In this document: positions 30,244 through 39,700 of the stretch, in pieces
Position numbering within the stretch: the stretch's first letter is position 1
How the letters are laid out: every line of letters starts with the position of its first letter
Origin: Obrimoposthia wandeli
Taxonomy: Eukaryota
Assembly (NCBI GenBank): GCA_977020255.1
Contig: CDROCS010001089.1
Location: 620,001 to 684,000, forward strand
Length of the DNA: 64,000 nucleotides
Direction: 5' to 3'
Made by a program: the position numbers and the translations under genes
The notes under the pieces: generated by a model
What the model was told of the DNA's origin: nothing
Databases searched by the model: none
The model's input: only the letters and a program-made list of their open reading frames with translations

Positions 30244-31032
30244 TTACTTCTTCCTATATGCATCAAGGGATATGACGTTACTTGGTAAATTAGCCAGCTT
30301 ATCGCTAGAGTTACTAGATGCAAATTGTATATTCGATGGTGCTTTTGTTGGTTGTACTAAATCTGGGTCAGAAAGTAGAGCGTTAAAATTGATACGATCT
30401 TGTGCTTGAAGGAAGTCAATACAGGCGTCAGCCTCTGCGATGTTGTAATCGCCGTAATCCTTTAACCAGCGGTGTAAAAACTCATGTTTTGGATAAAAAT
30501 AGTCTTTGTCATCTTTGCGTTTTCGCAGTAGTTTATTGACGAACACATCCTCAGTGATCAGATCGACTCCGCTGGGAACTTCTCCTATATCATCTACCCA
30601 ATTGCGAAAATGCCAAGCCACATTATTGATATGCGCTTGTGCACTGCGATCTGTACGTATATAAAATGCACAGTCATTGTGTTGCTTAAAATAGCGCTCA
30701 AGGCTCGCTTCAATCAGTTGTTGCCCGGCATCGATGGCATTCATCATTTCATGAATATGAACCGTAAGGTGCTGTTCTAAAACCGTCAGAAATCCCATAT
30801 CATCGCCTTTGCGGATGTCAGTTAAGGCAATACTAAAACGGGATTGATAATCCATTACTATCAACACATTTTTACCTTTCACTTTGATGGCATGTACAAG
30901 TAATTGCCATTGCAGTGCAGCCGTTGGTTCAGCTATGGCTTCAGGCAAGGTTTGCTTAGGCGAAATCTTTTTACCTTTTTTAATGCAGCTAAAAAAGTCA
31001 GCTGCCGCTTTAGTACAGTTAAGGATTAACAT
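30244..31032 (-). CDS. Hypothetical protein, DUF6933-like
   Basis: MLILNCTK...WQLLVHAIKVKGKNVLIVMDYQSRFSI pattern; C-terminal NVISLDAYRKK. Confidence 0.6.
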   Translation of the reverse strand: MLILNCTKAAADFFSCIKKGKKISPKQTLPEAIAEPTAALQWQLLVHAIKVKGKNVLIVMDYQSRFSIALTDIRKGDDMGFLTVLEQHLTVHIHEMMNAIDAGQQLIEASLERYFKQHNDCAFYIRTDRSAQAHINNVAWHFRNWVDDIGEVPSGVDLITEDVFVNKLLRKRKDDKDYFYPKHEFLHRWLKDYGDYNIAEADACIDFLQAQDRINFNALLSDPDLVQPTKAPSNIQFASSNSSDKLANLPSNVISLDAYRKK

Positions 31033-31057
31033 GGCTACCTTTGATAAATAATTGATA

Positions 31058-31460
31058 TTAAGACTCTAGTTCGACCTTCAGTTCATCCTCAGCGGGTAGA
31101 AAGCTTAAATACTTTGAGGCGAACAATTGTTTTTCATCTGCTAATACAGAGTATTTTGCAACCGCTTCACTCTTTTGATTGCATAAGATCAGTCCTATGG
31201 TTGGGTTATCATCAGGCTGCTTTGTGAGCCGACCATACATGCGCACATAAGCATCCATTTGCCCGATATTTTGATGGTTAAGTTTACCTATTTTAAAATT
31301 GATCGATAAGCAGCATTTCAGTTTAAAGTTATAAAATACCAAATCGATATAATAATCCTGATCTTCGATGCTTAGGCACTGCTGCCTTTCTATGAATGCA
31401 AAGCCATTCCCTAATTCCAGCAGAAGCTTCTGTAAGTTGTTAATCAGCGTTTGTTCTATC
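31058..31460 (-). pseudogene. PDDEXK nuclease (YhcG/DUF1016) C-terminal fragment
   Basis: LINNLQKLLLELGNGFAFIERQ..YYIDLVFYN..GQMDAYV..DDNPTIGLILC..YSVL..LFASKY; the 5' half is absent. Confidence 0.85.
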
Positions 31461-32195
31461 TTGCCTACAACCTAGATTCGGCGATTGAGCGCGGAAAAGA
31501 AGTGCAAGATATTGGTGTGCATAGGAAAACAAAAAATTTGTGGTCACCTTATTGGTGATGAAAATATTTTCTGGTTTTCTAGGTGCATCAAGAGCTTGTG
31601 CTTACTTTCGTGATTCAACTGCCGAATTTAGGTTCAAGGACACTTTGTGATGGCAGCCCTAAGAAATCAAAAATATAAGGATCGCGTAGATAGTCTTTAG
31701 CGGTTTGTGCTAGCGGCGCGGCCTTTTCAGTGGCTTCTGTTATCACTGGCTATTTGTTTTTGCTGGTTAGTAAGCGTTCATAATAAAGTGTGCCGATTTT
31801 CCTATCTAAAGCACGAGCAGACCAGTTTTGTGATAACTCTTGCATATATCACTGTCTGGCTTGTTTGTTTTCAATTCGGCTCAAAGTGCGGTAGTGATTC
31901 CAACGCAAAGTGTGACGCAGTTGTAGTGATGATAACGTCAAAAAACACTTGTCATTTCTAGTGCAGCTGGATATCTCGGCGCAGTATGACATCAGTTCTG
32001 CCTTATTTTTACAAAGCTATAAAGAAAGGTTTGATAATTTTCCCCACATAAAAAGAGCAATCAGCTGACTAAGCAATATAAAATAGCTTTCGACTATTGC
32101 CGGCCAGCTGATTAACACGCACAATCATGGCTATTCAATATCTTATAATCCCTTTACGGCACTCTGTTTAAGAAGATGGGCTATGGATAGACACG

Positions 32196-33053
32196 ATGAT
32201 AGATAGACTCTCTCCTCTACTGAGAGGCTTTGGCCAGCTCATTTTTATGCCACACGCCGGTGCCGGTGTTTTGGTATTATTCGCTATCTTGATTAACTCA
32301 CCCTTGATGCTGATAGCGGGCTTTGTGGGAGGGCTTGGCGGAACCTTAGTTGGACAGTTCGTGATGGAAAAGGAACCCTACCAGCAAGGACTCGCTGGTT
32401 TTAACGGTGTACTGCTCGGCTTAGCGGCGGCTATCTTTATGCAACCTTCAGCACTGCTCTGGCTATTGATCTTTTTGGGAGGCGCTATCAGCGCTTATTG
32501 CTTCAACTGGGGCATGAAGCGCAATTTACCGCTGCTTACCACACCCTATATTTGTGCGATGCTACTAATTTGGTGGTTGCTACCAACGCTTACCCAGCCC
32601 GATGGCGGTTACCAATTACATTGGTCTGATGCCTACTTTGCATCCGCCATCATTACGGGTATTGGTCAAATGGGCTTTCAGGGAAACCTTATTTCTGCGG
32701 CCTTTCTGCTGGCTGGGTTATATTTAGGCGGCGGTTGGCGAGCCGTTAGCTGGGCGCTGGCTGGCAGCCTCTGCGGCGCACTACTTGGGTTTATTGCAGG
32801 AACTGATCAACACACAATGGCCGTTGGCTTTGCAGGCTATAACGGTGCATTAATCGCTGTTGCACTGACGGTGGTCTCTGGACATCGGATAAGAAGTTGG
32901 CAACCTTGGTTGGGAATAGTTGTCGCTGTTTTACTGACATTACTGGGGTTGCATTTAGCGTTGGTTCCAGTGTTGACTATTCCTTTTGTGTTAGCGATGT
33001 GGGTAGTAATTGCATTGGAGAGGTTGAAAGTAGGGGGAAGACAGACAAAGTGA
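32196..33053 (+). CDS. Urea transporter (UT/Yut family)
   Basis: Duplicated motifs RGFGQLIF / GIGQMGF, GLAGFNG / GFAGYNG and LPLLTTPY / VPVLTIPF. Confidence 0.9.
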   Translation: MIDRLSPLLRGFGQLIFMPHAGAGVLVLFAILINSPLMLIAGFVGGLGGTLVGQFVMEKEPYQQGLAGFNGVLLGLAAAIFMQPSALLWLLIFLGGAISAYCFNWGMKRNLPLLTTPYICAMLLIWWLLPTLTQPDGGYQLHWSDAYFASAIITGIGQMGFQGNLISAAFLLAGLYLGGGWRAVSWALAGSLCGALLGFIAGTDQHTMAVGFAGYNGALIAVALTVVSGHRIRSWQPWLGIVVAVLLTLLGLHLALVPVLTIPFVLAMWVVIALERLKVGGRQTK

Positions 33054-33190
33054 CACTGTGCGAAGCTGAGTAAGTTCCGCTCATTCATCTACAGAAAGTG
33101 TCTCGTCGTGGCCCAATTCATTGTGCTTTGCAACCCAGTTGTAGAGTATCTTAAGCAATTATTGGCTTAGATAACTAAGCCAATAAGCGA

Positions 33191-33658
33191 TTACACTCTA
33201 TTAACTTTAGCGGCATAACAGCCTTGTTTAGCAAAATGCAGGTGTACGTATTCAGCTGTTTCATCCCTTAGCATATCTAAAATTTTCACTGTAATATCAT
33301 CACCTTGTGCCAAATCTGCATTTATCATCATATGCTGCTTATCAAAAGCGCGTAATGATATGATTCGCTTGGTAATCATCTGCGGTATTTGGTTTTTCTG
33401 CGGTGATGCTTCCTTTACGTTTTCTCTAATATAAATAGCATGACTGGCTTGAAAAGGGCTAGAATCCGGCAAGTGTTGATAGTTTACTAACAAAACCTTG
33501 TCACCAATATCAGCATCTTCAAGGCTAATACGACAAGGTGTATCATGCTTTTCAGTGACTAATTTGCTAACAATATTACGCTGGTTAAGTTCAGCATCAC
33601 TTAAGCTAAAAAGATCTTGAAAAGATTTTTCTGGTAAAGCCGAGAGTTGAAAATTCAT
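33191..33658 (-). CDS. DUF1203 family protein
   Basis: PCRISLEDA..G.KVLLVNY.H..SPF.ASHAIY, SLRAFD, YVHLHFAKQGCYAA. Confidence 0.85.
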   Translation of the reverse strand: MNFQLSALPEKSFQDLFSLSDAELNQRNIVSKLVTEKHDTPCRISLEDADIGDKVLLVNYQHLPDSSPFQASHAIYIRENVKEASPQKNQIPQMITKRIISLRAFDKQHMMINADLAQGDDITVKILDMLRDETAEYVHLHFAKQGCYAAKVNRV

Positions 33659-33856
33659 AGTGTTATCCCTAATTAATTTTCTCAATCTTAAATAATCGCC
33701 AGTGTAGGGAACACCCGATTCTTGCTCAAATCCGCAATGACTTGCAATGCTTACCTTTCTTTTCCTTAGAATAACCCGTCACTTGCATCTGAGGATGCTG
33801 GTGACGGGCGCATATTTTGGGAATAGGTTATCTATTCAACAGACAGCTCAATTAGC

Positions 33857-34019
33857 TAGTGTCCATCCAGAAACGGATGTCTACTGCGAATGCCTCACTA
33901 ACTCAATCTACTCACTACTAGATGTAATTATTTGGAATAATCAAACGCCCATATCTAGTAGTACCTATCTTGAATCATTGAGACGCTCTCCGGATGACCC
34001 CGTTTCAGGATGAGTGCTA
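33857..34019 (-). mobile_element. MITE family 1, copy 3
   Basis: Reverse-complement match to copies 1 and 2. Its terminal CTA is the TAG stop of the CoA-transferase gene. Confidence 0.85.
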
Positions 34020-36530
34020 GCTAGGCAAGTATTCTTTACTCCAGCTCTCACTAAGATCGCCACTGTCTATGAGTGAGTTTATTGCCTGTGCGTCATAACC
34101 TAATTCTGCAAGCACTTGGCGGGTAGACTGGCCAAATTTTTGCGGACGCGAAAGAGCGATCACGGCACTGCGCGTTGGACGTACAGCATAAGGGTCAAGT
34201 TGGGTGACTTTGTGCCCGCTTGGGTGGTCTTCAAAAACCGAAAAAGAAAAACTCCCTTGATCTATACCCGGCGTGTTATCAGCGGGTCGACTGTAGTTTA
34301 CTCGAAGTGAATCTATATTTTCACAGATCACCGCACCGATATCTACCGCCTGAAGTCGCTCCACCCAATCGGAGCCACTCGCCCCAAAAAAGGCATACGA
34401 CAGAAATTGCGCTCTGTCTGCAACAGCAATATCGGTAAATCCTTTGAGACCTTCAACTAGCTCTAAGCGAGGTATGTCATTTTCATAAACACTTAACAAC
34501 AAATGCTCACCTGAGGCGGTGTAATAAAACCGGGTGAGTGCATCGTAGCCGCTAACTTCACGCCCAGAAGGTTCATCGAACAAGCCTCGCTTGTGATAGT
34601 CATAACAAAATGGAATTTGTAATAATGCGCTGTTCGATGTCAGTGACGTTCTACCTCGACCCACACGACCTGTTTTGTATTTTTGATAGAGGGCTGTGGC
34701 AACACTCATGGCCCCGCCAAAACCGCACATAACATCAATCGTACCTACATGGGCATGCTCCTCGGGTGAATCCATTGCACCACCAAATCTAAGCATGATA
34801 CCCGTAGACGCCTGAACCAGGTCATCGTAGCCGACGAAGTTGGAACAGGGGCCTCGATTTACACCACTAAAGCAATCCAGCTTACAAAAAATGGCATCCG
34901 GGTTTAATTCACGTAAGCGCTCGCTATCAAGCCCCATCTTTTTCACTTGAATATCCGGTGCATTCCAAATAATAACGTCGACGGATGCAACCAGTTTTTC
35001 AAAGACCTCTCGTCCCTTTTCTGATTGTATATCCGCTAGAATCGAGCACTTACCCTGCATTTGTGACATGCCATAGATCACCGTATTCCAGCTATCATAC
35101 ATAGGCGTAGCAGGTTCGAGTTTGATAACTTCGGCACCGAACCGGGCGAGGTAGCAAGCTGCGTGAGGCCCAGCGATGACATTGCAGAGGTCAAGTATCT
35201 TGACTCCCTCAAGCCAACCGCTGTTATCATCAAAGTTGGTGATCGCCGGCAGCTTGGTCTTAATAGACTTAAACGCTCGCAGTGCGGTATCGAAGTCGAC
35301 CCATTGGCGTGGCATTGGCGTCAGCATCTGCTCGCCGCTTTCTTCTAACCAAACAATCGGGCCCGGCTGGATCATCATTCCATATACAGGGTCAGCCACT
35401 TCTATCATTAAGCCCGCGGTTTCTGCGTAGTCATCGTGAATCCATTCTTGTAACCAACGCTGTGGAGCGCCTGGAACCCCTGCTTTTCCAAAAAGTTTTT
35501 GCCACTCTTTTGAGGTTCGAGTTAAAATAACTTCTTTCATTCTCTCCGCGATCTTATCCGCCCAAAACTTTGGCATCGGATAAACACCCAGTGAAGTATC
35601 TGTCTCCCATTCGCAATAAGTCAAATAGGTATCTTCTTCTTCCGTCAGTCCTTCAGCGACCAATTCATCGTAAATATCTAGCACGTCAAGACAACGCTTT
35701 GCATGTTTATTATGGCTTGGGCAAACCACGTAAAACATGCGCCCGTCTTTACACATATAACTACGATAAAAAGGGTCCATGAGCTCTTGGACAACGTCAT
35801 ATCCGACATTCATTGGCAGCCCTTCAATCCTACGCCGTGTAATCTCTTGTTCTCGTTGAGTAAGATAGCGCTCAGGCAGCCCTTCGATATCAATGGAGTT
35901 GTAACATAGCCCCTCCATAGCGGCTGCAGCGAGCGGGACTTCTATGGAATCACCTAGCCCCGACTCTTCTCGTGCCTGAAGTGCCATCACCACAGATGAC
36001 CCACCAAGCATGGCACCATAGGCTGAAGGTAATGGCAGAGGAGAGAATGATGGGTTGACGCCCATCAACACTCTATTGAGGCCCATGTCAGTAAAAACTC
36101 CGCAACTTGCCGATATAACACTCTCATAAGCTCGCAAATCCCGGCGCAGCTCGTCGTTAGAAGCAAAGCCTGGGATCGAAAGCGTAATTAATTGGGGGCG
36201 TTCCTTTCTAAGCACACTAAAATCAATGCCAAGCTTGGCCATTTTTCCAGGTCTAAAACCTTCAATCACGACATCACTGGCTGCAATCAACGTTTTAGCC
36301 TGAGCGAGGCCCTCTTCAGTCTTCAAATCTAAATTGATAATCAACTTGTTTCGATTCAAAATTGCGTTAGCTGGGTTATCCCAGCTAGGACCATTAGGTG
36401 GGTCTATGTGAACAACCGTTGCACCTAAGTCAGCCAACATCATCGCTACCGCTGGCCCGGCAATATACTGTCCAAAATCAACGACCTTAACCCCACTTAG
36501 AGGTAGTTTGGATGGTTCGCTGCGTATCAT
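34017..36530 (-). CDS. DddD-like double-domain class III CoA-transferase, paralog 1
   Basis: ~837 aa, two CaiB domains (DFGQYIAGP / DLCNVIAGP); MGLNRVLMG.NPSFSPLPL; GYDDLVQA; PEEHAH.G; ends YLPS. Confidence 0.85.
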   Translation of the reverse strand: MIRSEPSKLPLSGVKVVDFGQYIAGPAVAMMLADLGATVVHIDPPNGPSWDNPANAILNRNKLIINLDLKTEEGLAQAKTLIAASDVVIEGFRPGKMAKLGIDFSVLRKERPQLITLSIPGFASNDELRRDLRAYESVISASCGVFTDMGLNRVLMGVNPSFSPLPLPSAYGAMLGGSSVVMALQAREESGLGDSIEVPLAAAAMEGLCYNSIDIEGLPERYLTQREQEITRRRIEGLPMNVGYDVVQELMDPFYRSYMCKDGRMFYVVCPSHNKHAKRCLDVLDIYDELVAEGLTEEEDTYLTYCEWETDTSLGVYPMPKFWADKIAERMKEVILTRTSKEWQKLFGKAGVPGAPQRWLQEWIHDDYAETAGLMIEVADPVYGMMIQPGPIVWLEESGEQMLTPMPRQWVDFDTALRAFKSIKTKLPAITNFDDNSGWLEGVKILDLCNVIAGPHAACYLARFGAEVIKLEPATPMYDSWNTVIYGMSQMQGKCSILADIQSEKGREVFEKLVASVDVIIWNAPDIQVKKMGLDSERLRELNPDAIFCKLDCFSGVNRGPCSNFVGYDDLVQASTGIMLRFGGAMDSPEEHAHVGTIDVMCGFGGAMSVATALYQKYKTGRVGRGRTSLTSNSALLQIPFCYDYHKRGLFDEPSGREVSGYDALTRFYYTASGEHLLLSVYENDIPRLELVEGLKGFTDIAVADRAQFLSYAFFGASGSDWVERLQAVDIGAVICENIDSLRVNYSRPADNTPGIDQGSFSFSVFEDHPSGHKVTQLDPYAVRPTRSAVIALSRPQKFGQSTRQVLAELGYDAQAINSLIDSGDLSESWSKEYLPS

Positions 36531-37083
36531 CTTATTCTCCAAAAAAATCTATATTCCAATTTAACACTAGCCAATTACCCTACCGAGCAGCGCTAAAGTG
36601 ACGCTGCAGTGGTGGGCTGATGTATTTTTTATGTTTAGCGCCCCGCTTGTGTAAATACACATAGATTTTAATATGCAGCATTTGGTGATGATTAGATTAT
36701 GTGAGACGCAACATAGCGGGGGGATATTAAGAGTGAATGCGAAAGCTAGCCAGCAATAAAAAGAACCCCTGAGACACGTTTTTTTTTATAGGGGCATCGG
36801 CAAGATTTTAAGAGCAAAATAATTGCTTATTCACAACAATCCGACACAAGGTGTTATAAAATTAGCGTGCATGTTGCTCTGCGATCCGAAAGGTGAGTTG
36901 TGCTAAACAATTGACGTCAGAAACCGGTATTTTCGCTGTCACAAATCCGCTGATGGCAATAGGTTCGGGGTTGCAGCTTGATCAGAAACTTCTAACGGGT
37001 GATCCCATTCACACAGGTCATTGAGAGTTGAGTTTGCAGGAGAGCTCTAAAAATCAAGCAACAGGACGTGAGTCCAATTACCT

Positions 37084-37372
37084 TTTAAATGATTAGAAGA
37101 TTTTAAGTGATTTATTTTTTGAGGTTTTAGGTCAAAGGATTAAAGAGGGCTTTCATATGACTTTCTTTGGCGACCAGAAAGTAAGCTCGCCCTACATTGC
37201 CAAAAGGTCTCGTAAACGCCATCCATGGCGCACTCGCTCTACGCAACATCCTGTTGCTCCGCTTCAATAATTTCACACAAAGCTCCGGCGGCAATACAAG
37301 GGATTCAGTCAGCTTCGTAGTTAGGTTCGAGAGTAGTAGTTTTTCCGTCTATATATTGTGCTAATAATAGAG
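37084..37372 (+). repeat. Repeat family 4, copy C
   Basis: Shares the left end and the 149-bp right core with copy A; the middle differs. Confidence 0.85.
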
Positions 37373-37746
37373 AATAAATCTAAAAGTCTAAGAGTATTTA
37401 GTTGTAAAAAATGGTTGTCCCTTTTAGTTCTTATTAGAGAACGTACTTTATTTCCTATATAGCGCAATGACTTGATCCTGAAATCACACGCTATTGTATT
37501 AAAGCGTGTGCTTTTTAAGATACTTCTCTTACGAGCATTTCGTGCTAAATATCTCATCATAGGTTTAAGCGAAATGTCTACTTTGTGTCATCGAGGTAAA
37601 TAGAGGATATCCCGAGAGATTGTTCTACTTACAGTGAGTACAATATATTAAGTATTAAATATATTAGTTACATAAATGCAAGTAAGTGGTGATTCTGGTG
37701 CTTATCAGGCCAATAGTTGTTTGGGAGTCCTTTAGTTTCAGTACTC

Positions 37747-38367
37747 TCAGTCATGTAGTGTCCAATAAGGGTTATCAATAAACAACCACGCGGCGACAGT
37801 TGTTAGGCATAAAAAATATATAATACTTTGAATTCTATGGTTTTCCTTGCTAGATGTCATGCGCGTAATTATTTCTCCGGCCCATATCCAAAGTATGTGG
37901 ACTGAGATATTAAGTACTGCTAGTAAGGCTATCAGCACTAGAATTGCCAAGTCTCCAAACGCAATTTGTGCTGATTCAGTAAACAGTGAAAACATAAGCA
38001 CAATCATGATCCAACCTTTAGCGTTTAAGAGCTGGATAACCATGCCATCTTTAAAGCTGAGGCGTTTATATGATTGATCGTGATTTAATAGCCCGCTTTT
38101 AAGGAATACAACAGCTAAATATGCAATATAGACTGAACCAGCAAACTGTAATATGTGTAGGATCAATGGGTATTGTTCGATCACGTTACCAAAGCCATAG
38201 CCTATCAGCACGGATTTGAGAATAAAGACAAAATCAATGCCTAGCATTAGAGGTAATGATTTTTTTACACCCACGCTTGCCCCTGATGCTGCAAAAACAA
38301 TATTGGCAGGCCCTGGACTAAAAACCAGCGGGAACATCACAGCTAGCCACAAAACGATAAAACTCAT
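37747..38367 (-). CDS. LysE/RhtB family exporter
   Basis: FSPGPAN, GSVYIAYLA, QLLNAKG; about 6 TM segments. Confidence 0.9.
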   Translation of the reverse strand: MSFIVLWLAVMFPLVFSPGPANIVFAASGASVGVKKSLPLMLGIDFVFILKSVLIGYGFGNVIEQYPLILHILQFAGSVYIAYLAVVFLKSGLLNHDQSYKRLSFKDGMVIQLLNAKGWIMIVLMFSLFTESAQIAFGDLAILVLIALLAVLNISVHILWIWAGEIITRMTSSKENHRIQSIIYFLCLTTVAAWLFIDNPYWTLHD

Positions 38368-38496
38368 AAATATATACCCTTAATAAGATCAAAGAGAACA
38401 ATGTAGGGTCTTTTATGGAGGAGTTCTTGTATGAAATTGCAGAATAGTATTTTTTCTTTATCGCTTTAAGTAGCATAGCAAATCTACTAAAGGGAG

Positions 38497-39300
38497 CTAG
38501 ATAGCAATATATCTCTTGGGCGATACGCCAAAAGCACGTTTGAAATTGCGATTAAAGTGGCTTTGATCGAAGAAGCCGCAATGCAATGCAGTATCAGCAC
38601 AACTGTTACCAAGTAGCAGTAAATCCTTTGCTTTGTTAATTTTGACCAAGAGCGAAAATTGATGAGGAGTGACGCCAAATTGTTCACCAAAGCCGCGAAT
38701 AACCTGATATTTGCTGCGTCCGCTCAAAGCTTCTAACTCAAGCAAGGTGGTGTTTTTTTGCCAGTTATCAAGTAAGTAATCACGGATATGGATGTTACTG
38801 TTGTGTGTTTCATAGGCATTGCTCTCTATATTTTTATAATTACCATACCGATTAAAAAGTGTTTCAAATACCAGTGTGAGTAAGCTTTGTTTACTCAAAT
38901 CAAAACTAGGCTGTTCAAAACTCAAATGTAAATTGTATAGGAGCTTAAATAGTTGAGGATCTGCTATGTTTGGATTGTCGATAAAAGGTAACACTTCATT
39001 TTTAGCGTTCGAAAAGTGATCGGCTATTAGCGCAGGATCGAAATAAAACATCCGATAACTCCAGCCACGATCACAACCAGAAAAACCAGTGTGCACTTCA
39101 GCAGGATTGATCGTGACGATATTGTTTTGCGGAATGATTAAGGAGTTTCCTCTATAATTCAGCCCCTCCGCACCTTGCTCAATAATGCCTATCGCGAGCT
39201 CGTCATGCCAGTGCTTGCAAAACTCGAAAGATTGGAAAGATGCTGTCAGTAGCTCAATACCCTCGATTTCTTTGCATTGCCAAAGTTTCGAATACTCCAC
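38497..39300 (-). CDS. AraC family regulator
   Basis: KHWHDE ligand domain; GFFDQSHFNRNFKRAFGVSP. Confidence 0.92.
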   Translation of the reverse strand: MEYSKLWQCKEIEGIELLTASFQSFEFCKHWHDELAIGIIEQGAEGLNYRGNSLIIPQNNIVTINPAEVHTGFSGCDRGWSYRMFYFDPALIADHFSNAKNEVLPFIDNPNIADPQLFKLLYNLHLSFEQPSFDLSKQSLLTLVFETLFNRYGNYKNIESNAYETHNSNIHIRDYLLDNWQKNTTLLELEALSGRSKYQVIRGFGEQFGVTPHQFSLLVKINKAKDLLLLGNSCADTALHCGFFDQSHFNRNFKRAFGVSPKRYIAI

Positions 39301-39700
39301 TAGTAGAATCGCCTTTTTTCATGTGTTTAATAAATCAATTTGATTATCAGGATATAGCACAGGCTTATTTAACCTATTAGATCCATATAGTAAATGAATA
39401 ACTTGTAATGAACACAACGACGGCTAGTTATTTATAAGCTAACTGCTTTTCTTCTAGCAAGAGATGAGACGATGCAAAAGAAAAGACGCCAAAGAACTAA
39501 ATAGCTTGCCTACTAGTAAAAGGGCACTAAAAGTAGTTTCTGAATGGACACAAGTATCTCGAGTCACTCACATTTTTATACTAAGAATATTGAGAAAATC
39601 ATAAATATTGAGTAGTGGGGCAGTGCTAATGAGGCTTGTCGGTGAGAGTTTGATTACCTCTGTTAGTGAAGTAATCAAATTGGAGTTTCTGACTAAATAA

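Noticed and set aside
31470-32100. ORF 31707-31961 and nearby coding-like fragments
   Set aside because: No family motif and multiple stops; only unassignable debris.
33747-34013. 88-aa ORF
   Set aside because: Mostly made of MITE family 1 copy 3; no RBS or family motif.
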